A stretch of DNA of 64,000 bases from an uncultured Bacteroidales bacterium. Lineage in GTDB: Bacteria; Bacteroidota; Bacteroidia; Bacteroidales; VadinHA17. Below, piece after piece: positions 33,353 through 43,992 of this stretch (position 1 is its first letter; each line of letters starts with the position of its first letter). Position numbers and translations under genes: made by a program. The notes beneath the pieces were generated by a model. It was not told where the DNA came from and ran no database searches. It worked only from the letters and a program-made list of their open reading frames with translations. Where the stretch lies: NCBI GenBank assembly GCA_963732435.1, contig CAVSZL010000008.1, positions 34,546 to 98,545 on the forward strand, in the 5' to 3' direction.

Positions 33353-34342
33353 ATGAAAAAGTCGATAGAAATATTCGTTCACATATTCTTCTGGATAATA
33401 TTTACAGCATTTGTTTTTATGCTGAGCAAAATCTATCTGCAGGCTAAGCCGGATGCCCCATTTTCACAACATTTACTCTATGTAGTATTTTTGGAATTGA
33501 TAATGGGGCTTATCTTTTTTTATATTACTTTTTTTGGAATAAAATGGGTAGAAAAGAAGAAACTAAGTCTGTTTATTTTTTCATTTATTCTTTTGGCTCT
33601 TCTCGTCTTTTTTGCAATTCCTGCCATGAAATTTGGAGTCTGGCAGGTTATGAGCTCTGTTATTCCTCATTTGATACTTATATTACTGGCACTAATTTTC
33701 CGGAAATTTTCTGACTCCATCAGACTTGAACAGGAAAAACAGTTTCTAATCCTTCAAAACACGAAAAGTGAACTGGCCTTATTGAAGATGCAGCTTAGTC
33801 CTCATTTTCTTTTTAATACACTCAACAATATAGATTATCTGGTAAGCTATGATACAGAAAAAGCCTCCGGTTCAATTTCTAAACTTGGCGCCATACTTCG
33901 TTACATGATTTATGATACAGAAGCTGAAAAAATCCCGTTATCAAAAGAATTAAAATATATTGAAGATTATATTGATTTACTACGATTAAGAACTTCTGGC
34001 AAAAATTATCTCAATTACAAGATATCCGGGCAGATCTCATATTTACAAATAGCACCAATGCTTTTTATGCCATTGGTTGAAAATGCCTATAAACATTCAT
34101 CTACTAAGGAAGGTGAAAACATTGTCGATATCAGAATTGAAATTGTAAACAACAAATTACAATTCAATATTAACAATGAATATGACAGCTCCTTAAAATC
34201 ACAAACACCAGAAGGTGGCCTGGGATTAAATATAGTAAAGAGAAGACTGGAACTTATTTATCCGGGCAGGCACAGTTTTAAAAAAATTGAAGAACAAAAC
34301 AGATATAAGATTGAATTAATCCTTGAACTGGATGAATATTAG
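33353..34342 (+). CDS. LytS/YehU-type sensor histidine kinase
   Basis: N-terminal TM sensor, then the His_kinase motif LKMQLSPHFLFNTLNNI, then a GHKL ATPase region (PLVENAYKHS...GGLGLNIV). Confidence 0.88.
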   Translation: MKKSIEIFVHIFFWIIFTAFVFMLSKIYLQAKPDAPFSQHLLYVVFLELIMGLIFFYITFFGIKWVEKKKLSLFIFSFILLALLVFFAIPAMKFGVWQVMSSVIPHLILILLALIFRKFSDSIRLEQEKQFLILQNTKSELALLKMQLSPHFLFNTLNNIDYLVSYDTEKASGSISKLGAILRYMIYDTEAEKIPLSKELKYIEDYIDLLRLRTSGKNYLNYKISGQISYLQIAPMLFMPLVENAYKHSSTKEGENIVDIRIEIVNNKLQFNINNEYDSSLKSQTPEGGLGLNIVKRRLELIYPGRHSFKKIEEQNRYKIELILELDEY

Positions 34343-35024
34343 TTGTATCGCCGTTGATGATGAGCCTCTGGCTATTGAAAAGATAAAATCATTCATTGGA
34401 AAACTACCTCAATTAGAGTTATTGGGAACGTTCATTCATTCTTCTGCTGCTTATGAATTCTTAATCAATAACCCGGTAGACCTTGTCTTTCTCGATATAC
34501 AAATGGGTAAATTAAACGGTATTGAAATGGTTGAGAAAATGGTAAGCAAACCGCAGGTTATTTTTACTACAGCCTATAATGAATATGCAATAAAAGCATT
34601 TGAGCTTGCTGTTACTGATTATTTACTCAAACCATATACATTCGATCGTTTTAGCCAGGCTGTTAATAAAGCAACTGAATATATCCTCTGGCAATCAGCA
34701 GCTTTTAAACCAACACCACATGTTATTGAATACATTTTTGTTAAATCAGGTTATAAATTAGTTAAGATATTTTTGAACGAAATACAATATATTGAAGGAA
34801 TGAGGGACTTTCAATGCTTTGTAACCCCTGGTAGCAAAATATTAGTAAGTCACTCTTTTCAGGAACTGGAAAAAATACTACCCAAAAGTTTCGTCAGATG
34901 CCATAAATCTTATATAGTTCCATTGGCAAAAATAGAAAGCATCGAGAGGGACAGAATTAAAATAGGTAATAAGTTTATTCCAGTAGGCGATATGTATAAA
35001 AGCGATTTCTACAAAAGTATCTGA
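34332..35024 (+). CDS. LytTR-family response regulator
   Basis: Receiver domain (IAVDDEPLA...VFLDIQM) plus a C-terminal LytTR DNA-binding domain (FVRCHKSYIV). The start overlaps the kinase stop. Confidence 0.88.
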   Translation: MNISCIAVDDEPLAIEKIKSFIGKLPQLELLGTFIHSSAAYEFLINNPVDLVFLDIQMGKLNGIEMVEKMVSKPQVIFTTAYNEYAIKAFELAVTDYLLKPYTFDRFSQAVNKATEYILWQSAAFKPTPHVIEYIFVKSGYKLVKIFLNEIQYIEGMRDFQCFVTPGSKILVSHSFQELEKILPKSFVRCHKSYIVPLAKIESIERDRIKIGNKFIPVGDMYKSDFYKSI

Positions 35025-35072
35025 TCTGAAAATAAACTATTCAGTCTCAGAGCTTTCTTCACTAAAACGACA

Positions 35073-37433
35073 CTATTTTAAGTTTGTTTCAAATAATTTA
35101 AATATTCTTTTATACTCATCAGTCCAGCTGGATGATTCTACAAAACCATGTCTTTCCAGTGGATATACAGCCATCTCCCAGTTTTCCTTTCCAAGCTCAA
35201 TAAGTCTTTGGGAAAGTCTTACAACATCCTGAAAATGAACATTATCATCTATCATGCCATGACATATTAATAAAGCACCTTCAAGTCCTTCGGCATAATA
35301 TATCGGGGAGCTTTTTACATAGGCCAGACTATCAGACACCGGGGTATTAAGAATATTTGAAGTATAACCGTGATTATAGTGAGCCCAGTCGGTAACAGAC
35401 CTGAGTGCGGCACCTGCTTTGAATGTTCCGGGCTTGGTAAACATTGCCATTAGTGTAATAAAGCCGCCATACGATCCTCCGTAAATACCAATCTTGCCCG
35501 CATCCACCTGTAATTGTTCAACCAGATATTTTGCCCCGTCAACATGGTCATCCAGATCTTTACCTCCCATATGTCTGTATATGGCAGTACGCCAGTCTCT
35601 TCCATATCCGGCACTGCCCCTGTAATCAATATCCAGAACAATGTAGCCATTGTCAACAAGAAAATTATGGAACATGTATTCCCGCGAATAACTACTCCAC
35701 CATTGGTGTGCATTCTGGAGATATCCCGCTCCATGAACAAAGATTACTGCCGGGCCGTTTTTTTTATAATTTTCCGGTTTGTATAACCTGGCAGGGATAT
35801 ACGATCCGTCTGATGCCCTGAAACGGATAATATCAGGTTTCTTCCAGTTGTATGATTTGTAATCCTGAGAAACCGATTCTGTGATTTTAACAGGTAAAGC
35901 TTTCTCATTGTTTTCCATTATATAAAGTTCCCATGGAGTTGTTGAATGTGAAACCCTCAGGGCAAAATATTTTTCATCAGGTGATAAAACATATTCTATC
36001 CCTCCTTCAAAACTGGTAAGCCTGACTTTAGATCCTCCTTTTACAGACAATTTATACAATTCCCTGACTCCTGCATCTACCTCATTTGATATGTAATACC
36101 ATGTTTTTTTATCATTGGAAAGAATTAAATCATAGATTTCAAATTTGCCAGAGGTAATGGCTTTCTTTTGCCCGGTAATAATATCGATGGTATACAGATG
36201 TGAAAATCCTGATTCTTCAGACTGAAAAAAGATGGTCCTGTTGTCAGGTAACCAGCCAAGTGGTCCTCCATATCTTATTCCGGGGCCACCAATCCAGGCA
36301 TCATCATGTTGCTTTTCAAGAAGTTTCAGCCCTCCGGTATTAATATCAAGTATCATTATCCAGCGACTTTTATTATCGTCTGAAAAAATATCTACAACAG
36401 CAGTTTTTCCATCGTCAGACCATACAGGACTATCAATCACTACACCTCTTTTCTTTGGCTTCGATGAGATCTTCGCCGGGTAGTCTGAAACATAATCTGG
36501 CTGCTCATCAAGTCCGGGTATATCATCAAGCTTGACCTGATAAATTGTATCCCTTCTGAGATCATAAATATTAAGACTGACCGACTTGTAAAACGATGTG
36601 CCAACTTTTGTTCTGGTCTGAATATCCTCGGTATATCCTGACTCCGTAACATAATTCGGTACGATGGTTCTTTTACTTTCAGCTGGCTGGTAGGATTGAT
36701 AGGTGATATAGTTTTCGTCAGGACTCAGGTTAACAGATGAGGTCTGTTCCTGACCTGTATAGATTATTTTTGGTTTTTCCGGTTTAAGAGAATCCTCTTC
36801 TTTTTTACCAAGATCTCTGCTTTCCTTCCTGTCTGCCAGAATCCTGAAATTACGTAACTGATCATAATACAACCATTTATCATTTTCATTACTGTAAGGC
36901 TGATCTTTTGGCTTTTCCTTTCCTGCCTTAAAATCGGTCAGCTGTGCCAGCTTACCACTGTTTATTTCCCATGAAAAAAGATTATTCCCGCTCGTGAAAA
37001 GTATCTTGCCTCCATCATGGCTGAATACAGGATTGCTTTCATAAGCCGCAGTTTTTGAAATCTGTGTAATAACTCCGGATTTTGTATCCATCAGATAAAG
37101 GTCACCCTCCTTTGAATAAACCATTTTTGTCCGGCTACGGTTAAATTGACCATTGAATGAAGGAAGTTTTTTTCTTTCTTCAAGTTCCACCTTTGTTTGA
37201 TTATTATTATCAATATTATATGAATAAAGCGGAGCAGAGATTTCCATGTCTCTGTTCCATTTGAAATATATGGTTCTGCCTGATGCAGACCATTGTATAT
37301 CCTCAGGCGAAAAACCAGTGAATCGTTCTCCCATCATAATTTTACCGATGGAGAGAGAACTTTGGCCAAAAAGTTTTCCTGCAACTATAAATGAAGCAAG
37401 AGTGAAACAGATTATTATGATTTTTCTTCTCAT
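35073..37433 (-). CDS. S9-family serine peptidase (prolyl oligopeptidase/DPP-like) with N-terminal beta-propeller
   Basis: Signal peptide present. Nucleophile motif IYGGSYGGF. Downstream acid HGMIDDNV and His ERHGF. Confidence 0.85.
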   Translation of the reverse strand: MRRKIIIICFTLASFIVAGKLFGQSSLSIGKIMMGERFTGFSPEDIQWSASGRTIYFKWNRDMEISAPLYSYNIDNNNQTKVELEERKKLPSFNGQFNRSRTKMVYSKEGDLYLMDTKSGVITQISKTAAYESNPVFSHDGGKILFTSGNNLFSWEINSGKLAQLTDFKAGKEKPKDQPYSNENDKWLYYDQLRNFRILADRKESRDLGKKEEDSLKPEKPKIIYTGQEQTSSVNLSPDENYITYQSYQPAESKRTIVPNYVTESGYTEDIQTRTKVGTSFYKSVSLNIYDLRRDTIYQVKLDDIPGLDEQPDYVSDYPAKISSKPKKRGVVIDSPVWSDDGKTAVVDIFSDDNKSRWIMILDINTGGLKLLEKQHDDAWIGGPGIRYGGPLGWLPDNRTIFFQSEESGFSHLYTIDIITGQKKAITSGKFEIYDLILSNDKKTWYYISNEVDAGVRELYKLSVKGGSKVRLTSFEGGIEYVLSPDEKYFALRVSHSTTPWELYIMENNEKALPVKITESVSQDYKSYNWKKPDIIRFRASDGSYIPARLYKPENYKKNGPAVIFVHGAGYLQNAHQWWSSYSREYMFHNFLVDNGYIVLDIDYRGSAGYGRDWRTAIYRHMGGKDLDDHVDGAKYLVEQLQVDAGKIGIYGGSYGGFITLMAMFTKPGTFKAGAALRSVTDWAHYNHGYTSNILNTPVSDSLAYVKSSPIYYAEGLEGALLICHGMIDDNVHFQDVVRLSQRLIELGKENWEMAVYPLERHGFVESSSWTDEYKRIFKLFETNLK

Positions 37434-37459
37434 TTAAAATATGAATTGAATAATTACAA

Positions 37460-39046
37460 CTATTTATTAGATTCATTTGGTAATACCTGCCAGGGTATGA
37501 GCTTTGACGGATAAAAATTAATCCCCATTGTCCTGAATCTTTCTCCGTGTTTTCCCACCCTGTATTTATATTCATCCCAGGATCTTTGAGATGGCATAGT
37601 CCATCCGATTTCAGCATATCCGGGTAATCGGGGAAACGTCATAAATTCGATTTCATCCATGTTTGTGACAGTCTCAGACCATAACGGCGCTTCTATACCA
37701 ACTATTTTGTCTTTACTAACTCCGGGAATAAGATTTGCAGGATCCCACATGTAAGCGCTATCAACTTCTATATAACCGGCCCAGCTTAAACCAAGAGCTG
37801 TTGTAGAGTCATATTTCATATCCAGATAGGCTTTTTTTGCCGGTGACATTAATACTTTTGCTCCCTTGCCTACAGCCATTTCAGCGTTTTTAATACTTGC
37901 CCAGTGTTGTACAATGAAGCCCGCTTTTATATCTGATATTGCGATATCATCCCATCCGATTGGCTGCTTACCATGTTTTAAAACGATCTCCTGAACTTTG
38001 CTTATAAAAGGGATATAGTCTTCTGTTTTTGTTGCATGTGACTCATCCCCTCCTATATGTAACCAGGGCCCGGGGGTAATAGATGCCAACTCCCTGATAA
38101 CATCATCTATAAACTTGTAGGTAATCTCTTTATTTGTACACAAGGAGCTAAAACCCACTTTCGTACCAGTATATAATTTGGTTGCTTTTCCGTTGCAGTT
38201 TAATTCTGCATATGATGCAAGTGCTGCATTTGTATGGCCGGGCATATCAATTTCAGGGATAATTGTAATAAACCTTTTACTTGCATATTCTACAATATCA
38301 GAATATTCTGTCTGGGTATAGAATCCTCCTTTGCCCCCTCCTACCTGCGTACTCCCTCCATATTCAGTCAGATTTGGCCATGATTTGATTTCTATCCTCC
38401 ATCCCTGATCATCAGACAGGTGAAGATGCAAAACGTTCATTTTATAGAAAGCCAGAAAATCAATAAATCTCTTAACATCTTCCGGTTCAAAAAAGTGACG
38501 GGAAACATCAAGCATTGCTCCCCGATAGTCGTAAAAGGGATAATCAGTAATAATCCCAGTTGCTATTTTCCATGGACCGGTTTGCTTTTCAGCAAGTTCA
38601 ATTTCTGGTGGTAATAATTGTATCATTGTCTGTACTCCCCGAAATATTCCTTCCGGTTTCCTGGCAGTCAGAAGTATCAGTTTTTTGGTAATTGTAAGTT
38701 TATATGCCTCAGTTCCGGGGAGAGAATCGGCTGCGGAAAGAGAGAGAACAATCGCCCTGGCCTTTGGCAATCTATCAGCAGATTTTACCTCTATATTGAA
38801 TCCTGTTGGTGGTCCAAGTTTATCTGAAAGATATTGGCCTATCTGTTTCAATTCTTCCGATTCACCCTGATAATAAATATCAGTTCCTTCCTTAAATTCA
38901 AAACTATTACCGGAAGATACTACTGCAACAGGTTTGGGAATTATACTTTCTTTGGAAAGGTCGGTAATTGTCTTTTTGCTACAGGAGAAAATGCTTACTG
39001 TTATAACTATAGCACTCATACCAGAAACAAATCTTCTAGACTTCAT
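37460..39046 (-). CDS. GH20 beta-N-acetylhexosaminidase
   Basis: Lipoprotein signal (SIFSC). Motifs: YRGAMLDVSRHF, LHLHLSDDQGWRIE, HIGGDE. Confidence 0.9.
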   Translation of the reverse strand: MKSRRFVSGMSAIVITVSIFSCSKKTITDLSKESIIPKPVAVVSSGNSFEFKEGTDIYYQGESEELKQIGQYLSDKLGPPTGFNIEVKSADRLPKARAIVLSLSAADSLPGTEAYKLTITKKLILLTARKPEGIFRGVQTMIQLLPPEIELAEKQTGPWKIATGIITDYPFYDYRGAMLDVSRHFFEPEDVKRFIDFLAFYKMNVLHLHLSDDQGWRIEIKSWPNLTEYGGSTQVGGGKGGFYTQTEYSDIVEYASKRFITIIPEIDMPGHTNAALASYAELNCNGKATKLYTGTKVGFSSLCTNKEITYKFIDDVIRELASITPGPWLHIGGDESHATKTEDYIPFISKVQEIVLKHGKQPIGWDDIAISDIKAGFIVQHWASIKNAEMAVGKGAKVLMSPAKKAYLDMKYDSTTALGLSWAGYIEVDSAYMWDPANLIPGVSKDKIVGIEAPLWSETVTNMDEIEFMTFPRLPGYAEIGWTMPSQRSWDEYKYRVGKHGERFRTMGINFYPSKLIPWQVLPNESNK

Positions 39047-39160
39047 AATAACAATGGCTTTAAATTATTTGCGTTAAGATATATATTAAATTATAATTTC
39101 ATTCCCATCAGAACAAAGCTTTTTATATTCTGTTATGTAAACAGAAAATAATTAATCAAA

Positions 39161-39772
39161 ATGGGAACCATCAGCCAGCTTTCAGAAAAAACAGCAGATA
39201 TGAATCCCTTCGTTCAATTTGATATCTGGTATAAAGAACATCTTAACTCAGAGGTTAAAATTCCTGAAGCAGTAAGCTTAGGCACTACAGATTCAGGAGG
39301 AAGGGTTTCATTAAGAACTGTTCTCTTGAAAGATTTTGACAAAAGGGGATTTGTGTTTTTTACAAATTATAACAGTAAAAAGGGTATTCAGCTGGCCTCA
39401 AATCCCAGGGTTGCATTACTCTTTTACTGGCCTGAATCAGCAAGACAGATCAGGATTGAAGGTTATGTTATAAAAGTATCCGAAGAAGAATCCCGATCCT
39501 ATTTTAACGGAAGACCTTACGAAAGCCAGATTTCTGCCTGGGCCAGTGATCAGAGTTCCACAATACCTGACCGGCAATATCTTGAAAAACAATATAATTT
39601 TTACTTAGAAAAATTCAAAACTCATCCTGTTGAAAAACCCGAAAACTGGGGAGGATTTCGCATTATACCGGAATGGTTTGAATTCTGGCAGGAAGGAAAA
39701 TACAGATTGCACGACCGGATTACCTACACCAGAGTAAAAAATAAATGGAACATAGAACGTCTTGCACCATAG
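39161..39772 (+). CDS. pdxH: Pyridoxamine 5'-phosphate oxidase
   Basis: RTVLLK...FFTNYNS.KG..L..NP...LLFYW....RQIRIEG...WGGFRI...EFWQ; canonical PdxH pattern. Confidence 0.9.
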   Translation: MGTISQLSEKTADMNPFVQFDIWYKEHLNSEVKIPEAVSLGTTDSGGRVSLRTVLLKDFDKRGFVFFTNYNSKKGIQLASNPRVALLFYWPESARQIRIEGYVIKVSEEESRSYFNGRPYESQISAWASDQSSTIPDRQYLEKQYNFYLEKFKTHPVEKPENWGGFRIIPEWFEFWQEGKYRLHDRITYTRVKNKWNIERLAP

Positions 39773-39781
39773 GGTTAAAAT

Positions 39782-40363
39782 CTAAACAAGATCACAGGCA
39801 TCAGCCGGCATCCAGTGTGCATCTTTGCCGTCCCACTTTACATTACAACCTATTGGATTAGTCATCTGTACAGAAATCGGTTTTCCATTCGTTAACTCAT
39901 TAAGAACAATATCAAGATTATTTACTGTCATTTTTGTGGTGTCCCTGGGATTATCAACACCCCGGCCGGTATAAACGAGCTTTCTTTCCTCATCAAAAAC
40001 AAAAAAATGCGGCGTTCTTAATGCGCCATATGATCTTGCAACATCCTGTGTCTTGTCATACAGATATACCCACGGAAATTTATGTTTTTTCATGCGATCC
40101 TCCATATTTGCAAAGCTATCTTCAGGATAGGTGTTCTCGCTGTTTGAATTAATTCCGGCAAACCCGACTCCCATATTCTGGTATTTTATTACTGTTGCCC
40201 TGGTAACTTCATCTGATCCAATAACATAAGGACAATGATTGCAGGTAAAAAAGATCACCAGAAATTTAAATTTATTAAAATCTGATAGGCTGTACTCTTT
40301 CCCTTCTGTCGAGGTAAGGTTAAAATCTATTGCTTTCTTCCCTGGTTGTAATGTAAAAGTCAT
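39782..40363 (-). CDS. Thioredoxin-fold (AhpC/TSA-like) protein
   Basis: Redox motif [10 protein letters not shown]. Start placed at MTFTLQPG. Confidence 0.7.
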   Translation of the reverse strand: MTFTLQPGKKAIDFNLTSTEGKEYSLSDFNKFKFLVIFFTCNHCPYVIGSDEVTRATVIKYQNMGVGFAGINSNSENTYPEDSFANMEDRMKKHKFPWVYLYDKTQDVARSYGALRTPHFFVFDEERKLVYTGRGVDNPRDTTKMTVNNLDIVLNELTNGKPISVQMTNPIGCNVKWDGKDAHWMPADACDLV

Positions 40364-40508
40364 TTTCTTTGGATTATTTATTAGTATTAACACTTTTATT
40401 CCCGAATTGTTCTGTCATCCATGTTTTCAGATTTAACAATTAACTGTATAATCTCCGATAGTTATCTTGTTTATTTTCTGACTACATTATCTGGATTAAC
40501 CTGAGTAA

Positions 40509-40799
40509 TTAAATAATTTTTGCTGCTCTGAAAGGTTTTATCTCAATCTGTTTCCACACGCCGTTAATAATATATGTCTCTTCTTTAAGCATCGCATCGA
40601 GCGATTCTCTGTCAGGAAATTCGTAAACAATCATCGATCCTACCATATGCCCGTTATCATTGAGAATCGCTCCGCCAAACAGACATTCTCCTGTTTTTTT
40701 CAACTTATTTATGTTTTCAATGTGCTCTTCGCGTACCCGAAGTCTTCTTGCCGGAGCTTCAGGATCGGTATCATCATAACCTATTAATAAAAATTGCAT
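40509..40799 (-). CDS. YciI-family protein
   Basis: 96 aa. The pattern REEHIENI...GGAIL.. is typical of YciI-like proteins. Confidence 0.65.
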   Translation of the reverse strand: MQFLLIGYDDTDPEAPARRLRVREEHIENINKLKKTGECLFGGAILNDNGHMVGSMIVYEFPDRESLDAMLKEETYIINGVWKQIEIKPFRAAKII

Positions 40800-40908
40800 A
40801 TTACTTCTGTTATTGTTAATTAATTAAATTTTCTCCTTTCAAATTTATAACAAATTCTATCAAATATATTGACGTTATGATACCATTAATATATTTCATA
40901 TCATTGTT

Positions 40909-40916
40909 TATCTTTG
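40909..40916 (+). promoter_or_regulatory. Bacteroidota -7 promoter element (TAnnTTTG) upstream of mntH
   Basis: TATCTTTG lies 57 nt upstream of the ATG at 40973. Confidence 0.3.
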
Positions 40917-40972
40917 CATGTAATTTTTAATAATGCCAGAAGACAGACAGTTGTGGTTTCGGGCGTTTCAAT

Positions 40973-42265
40973 ATGTTGAAATACAAGAATATATTTAATC
41001 CTTTCAGATTCGTTAAAGATCTGAAAAGAAAAGATCATACACCTGCTTATGGTGCACTTGATATTTTCAAATATATTGGCCCCGGACTACTTGTAACTGT
41101 CGGATTTATAGACCCTGGCAACTGGGCTGCAAATATTGCCAGTGGTTCAAGTTTTGGTTATTCCCTTCTCTGGATTGTTACTTTATCAACAATTATGCTT
41201 ATAATTCTGCAGCATAATGTTGCGCATCTCGGTATTGCAACAGGACTATGTCTTTCAGAGGCTGCAACAATTTATATTCATCCGAAAGTTTCAAAACTTA
41301 TTTTGTCTTTTGCTGTATTGGCATCTGTATCAACCTCACTGGCTGAAATTCTCGGGGGAGCAATTGCCTTAAATATGCTATTTGATGTTCCATTAAATGC
41401 AGGAGCAATTCTTGTTACAATATTCGTCACAATAATCTTATTTACAAATTCTTATCAGAAAATAGAAAAATGGATAATTGGTTTTGTTTCAATAATTGGA
41501 TTATCATTTCTTTATGAACTGGTTCTTGTTGATGTTGACTGGTTTACTGCAGGAATATCCTGGGTGAAACCATCTATGCCCGAAGGATCTATTTTACTGA
41601 TTATGAGTATCCTTGGTGCGGTTATTATGCCTCATAATCTTTTTCTTCACTCTGAAGTGATACAGAGCCGTCAGTGGAATTTGCAGGATGAAAAGATCAT
41701 TAAGAAACAACTTAAGTATGAGTTTGCAGATACACTCTTTTCAATGATAATTGGCTGGGCCATAAATAGTGCCATGATAATTCTGGCTGCAGCAACTTTT
41801 TTTAAAAATGGTTTAATTGTCAATGAGTTGCAGCAAGCTGAAAAGCTTTTGGAACCATTGCTTGGAAACAATGCTTCTGTTGTCTTTGCTGTTGCTCTGC
41901 TGTTTGCAGGAGTAGCCTCAACAATTACATCCGGAATGGCCGGGGGATCAATTGTTTCCGGTATGTTTAAGGAACCATATGATGTTAAAGACAATCATTC
42001 CCGGATAGGCATTTTAATATCTCTTTTAGGAGCATTGATGTTAATATTCTTTATAGGAGATCCTTTTAAAGGCTTGATTCTGTCGCAGGTATTTCTGAGT
42101 ATTCAGCTTCCTTTCACAATACTTATTCAGATCTATCTCACATCTTCTAAAAAAGTAATGGGAAAATATGCAAATGGCCCTTTCCTTATCGGTGTTTTAT
42201 CTGTTATTGCCGGAATTGTTATATTCCTGAATTTTAAATTGCTGACAGATATCCTGATAAAATAA
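40973..42265 (+). CDS. mntH: Nramp-family divalent metal (Mn2+/Fe2+) transporter
   Basis: GPGLLVTVGFIDPGNWA (DPGN motif), AVIMPHNLFLHSE, and about 11 TM segments. Confidence 0.9.
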   Translation: MLKYKNIFNPFRFVKDLKRKDHTPAYGALDIFKYIGPGLLVTVGFIDPGNWAANIASGSSFGYSLLWIVTLSTIMLIILQHNVAHLGIATGLCLSEAATIYIHPKVSKLILSFAVLASVSTSLAEILGGAIALNMLFDVPLNAGAILVTIFVTIILFTNSYQKIEKWIIGFVSIIGLSFLYELVLVDVDWFTAGISWVKPSMPEGSILLIMSILGAVIMPHNLFLHSEVIQSRQWNLQDEKIIKKQLKYEFADTLFSMIIGWAINSAMIILAAATFFKNGLIVNELQQAEKLLEPLLGNNASVVFAVALLFAGVASTITSGMAGGSIVSGMFKEPYDVKDNHSRIGILISLLGALMLIFFIGDPFKGLILSQVFLSIQLPFTILIQIYLTSSKKVMGKYANGPFLIGVLSVIAGIVIFLNFKLLTDILIK

Positions 42266-42286
42266 TTTTTCTAACAAAATATTTAT

Positions 42287-43081
42287 ATGTCTGAAAAGCA
42301 ATATAAAATTGGTCTGGTATTAAGTGGTGGCGGTGCAAGAGGTTTTGCTCATCTTGGTGTTATTCAGGCATTAAATGAAGCAGGAATTTATCCGGATGTA
42401 ATATCCGGTACCAGCGCAGGGGCTATTGTGGGTGTTTTATATGCTGATGGTTATACTCCAAAAGAGATCATGAAACTGTTGAATTCCGGGAGCCGTCTTG
42501 ATTTTATGCGACCAACACTGCCAAGAGAAGGTTTGCTGCAGATCGGTGGAATAATGAAAATATTAAAAGCCAGTTTATCAGCAATAAACTTTGAAGAGCT
42601 TAAAATTCCTTTGTATGTAGCAGCTACTGATCTGAATCACGGACAATCAGTGTATTTCTCAACAGGTGAGTTACTGGATCCTGTTATGGCCTCGGCAAGC
42701 ATACCTGTGCTATTTCAGCCAGTGGTAATTAATAATATTCATTTTGTAGATGGTGGCGTTATGGATAATCTGCCTCTGAAACCTATTGAAAATAATTGCA
42801 GATTCCTGATTGGCTCTTTTGTTAATCCGGTTGGATTTGTTGAGAAAATCAATGGACTAATAAATATTGCTGAGCGGACTTTTATGCTAAGTATGTCAAA
42901 AGAAATAATTGAAAAAGCACGCAAATTTGATTTATTTGTTGCACCTCCTGAATTGAGAAATTATAAAATTCTCGACCCTGATAAAGCCAGGGAGCTTTAT
43001 TTAATCGGTTATAATGCAACAAAGGAGAAGTTGAAAAACACTGATATTCAGGCGTTTATCAGCTTACAGTCTGATCGTTAA
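42287..43081 (+). CDS. Patatin-like phospholipase
   Basis: Oxyanion motif LSGGGARG, nucleophile GTSAGA, and catalytic Asp region VDGGVMDN. Confidence 0.88.
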   Translation: MSEKQYKIGLVLSGGGARGFAHLGVIQALNEAGIYPDVISGTSAGAIVGVLYADGYTPKEIMKLLNSGSRLDFMRPTLPREGLLQIGGIMKILKASLSAINFEELKIPLYVAATDLNHGQSVYFSTGELLDPVMASASIPVLFQPVVINNIHFVDGGVMDNLPLKPIENNCRFLIGSFVNPVGFVEKINGLINIAERTFMLSMSKEIIEKARKFDLFVAPPELRNYKILDPDKARELYLIGYNATKEKLKNTDIQAFISLQSDR

Positions 43082-43085
43082 GACG

Positions 43086-43931
43086 TTAGCTCCTCACAAG
43101 AGAATAAAGCTTCTTAATTTCTGCCTCCCACAGTGATTCGTCGGGAGTCTCCAGTATCAGAGGTAAATTGTCGAACCTCGGGTCACTCATTATCATTTCG
43201 AAAGTTCCTTCACCAATAAATCCGATTCCAATATTATCATGCCTGTCAACCCTGCTACCAAACTCTTTCTTTGAATCGTTGAGGTGCATTCCTTTTAAAT
43301 AATTAAAGCCAACCACCGACTCAAATTCCTCGAATGTTTTTCTGAATCCGTCAGGGCTCTTGACATCATAACCTGAAGTATATGCATGACAAGTATCAAT
43401 ACATACACCAACTCTTGACTTATCCTCAACATTATCAACAATTATCCTGAGTTGTTCAAAATTGTACCCCAGGTTTGTGCCCTGTCCTGCAGTATTTTCA
43501 ATTACAGCTGTAACACCTATTGTTTTATCAAGAACAATATTTATAGATTCAGCAATTCTTTTGAGACACTCCTCTGTTCCTATAGCATTGAGATGGCTTC
43601 CGGGATGAAAGTTCAGCCTGTCAAGACCAAGCTGTTCACATCTTTGCATCTCATCAAGAAAGGCTGCTCTTGACTTTTCAAGTGGTTCTTTTTCCGGATG
43701 ACCCAGATTTATCAGATAGCTGTCATGAGGCAATATCTGAAAAGGTTTAAAATTCAATTTTTCACAATTGTCACGAAAAGCCTTAATACTCGATCTGGTA
43801 AGAGGATTTGAAAACCACTGCCTCTGATTTTTAGTGAATAGGGCAAAAGCCCTGGCTCCTATTTCAGCTGCATTTACCGGGGCGTTTTCAACACCTCCTG
43901 TTGCGCTTACATGTGCACCAATGTATTTCAT
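43086..43931 (-). CDS. nfo: Endonuclease IV (deoxyribonuclease IV)
   Basis: [11 protein letters not shown]...A...[17 protein letters not shown]...HDSYLINL...VIENTAGQG...CIDTCHA; canonical Nfo pattern. Confidence 0.92.
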   Translation of the reverse strand: MKYIGAHVSATGGVENAPVNAAEIGARAFALFTKNQRQWFSNPLTRSSIKAFRDNCEKLNFKPFQILPHDSYLINLGHPEKEPLEKSRAAFLDEMQRCEQLGLDRLNFHPGSHLNAIGTEECLKRIAESINIVLDKTIGVTAVIENTAGQGTNLGYNFEQLRIIVDNVEDKSRVGVCIDTCHAYTSGYDVKSPDGFRKTFEEFESVVGFNYLKGMHLNDSKKEFGSRVDRHDNIGIGFIGEGTFEMIMSDPRFDNLPLILETPDESLWEAEIKKLYSLVRS

Positions 43932-43992
43932 TGTTATTTCTGTTTTAACTGATAATTATAACAAAATATGAGGCAATAAACAATCTCTGATG

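Noticed and set aside
40800-40972. Possible Mn-responsive riboswitch upstream of mntH
   Set aside because: The leader is short and extremely AT-rich, with no GC-paired helices of the kind required for the yybP-ykoY fold. Only a promoter-like TAnnTTTG motif is supported.
42287-43081. Patatin-like phospholipase as a possible CBASS-type or other defence effector
   Set aside because: There is no cyclase, sensor or other defence partner adjacent. It is flanked by mntH and nfo housekeeping genes and looks like a stand-alone lipase.
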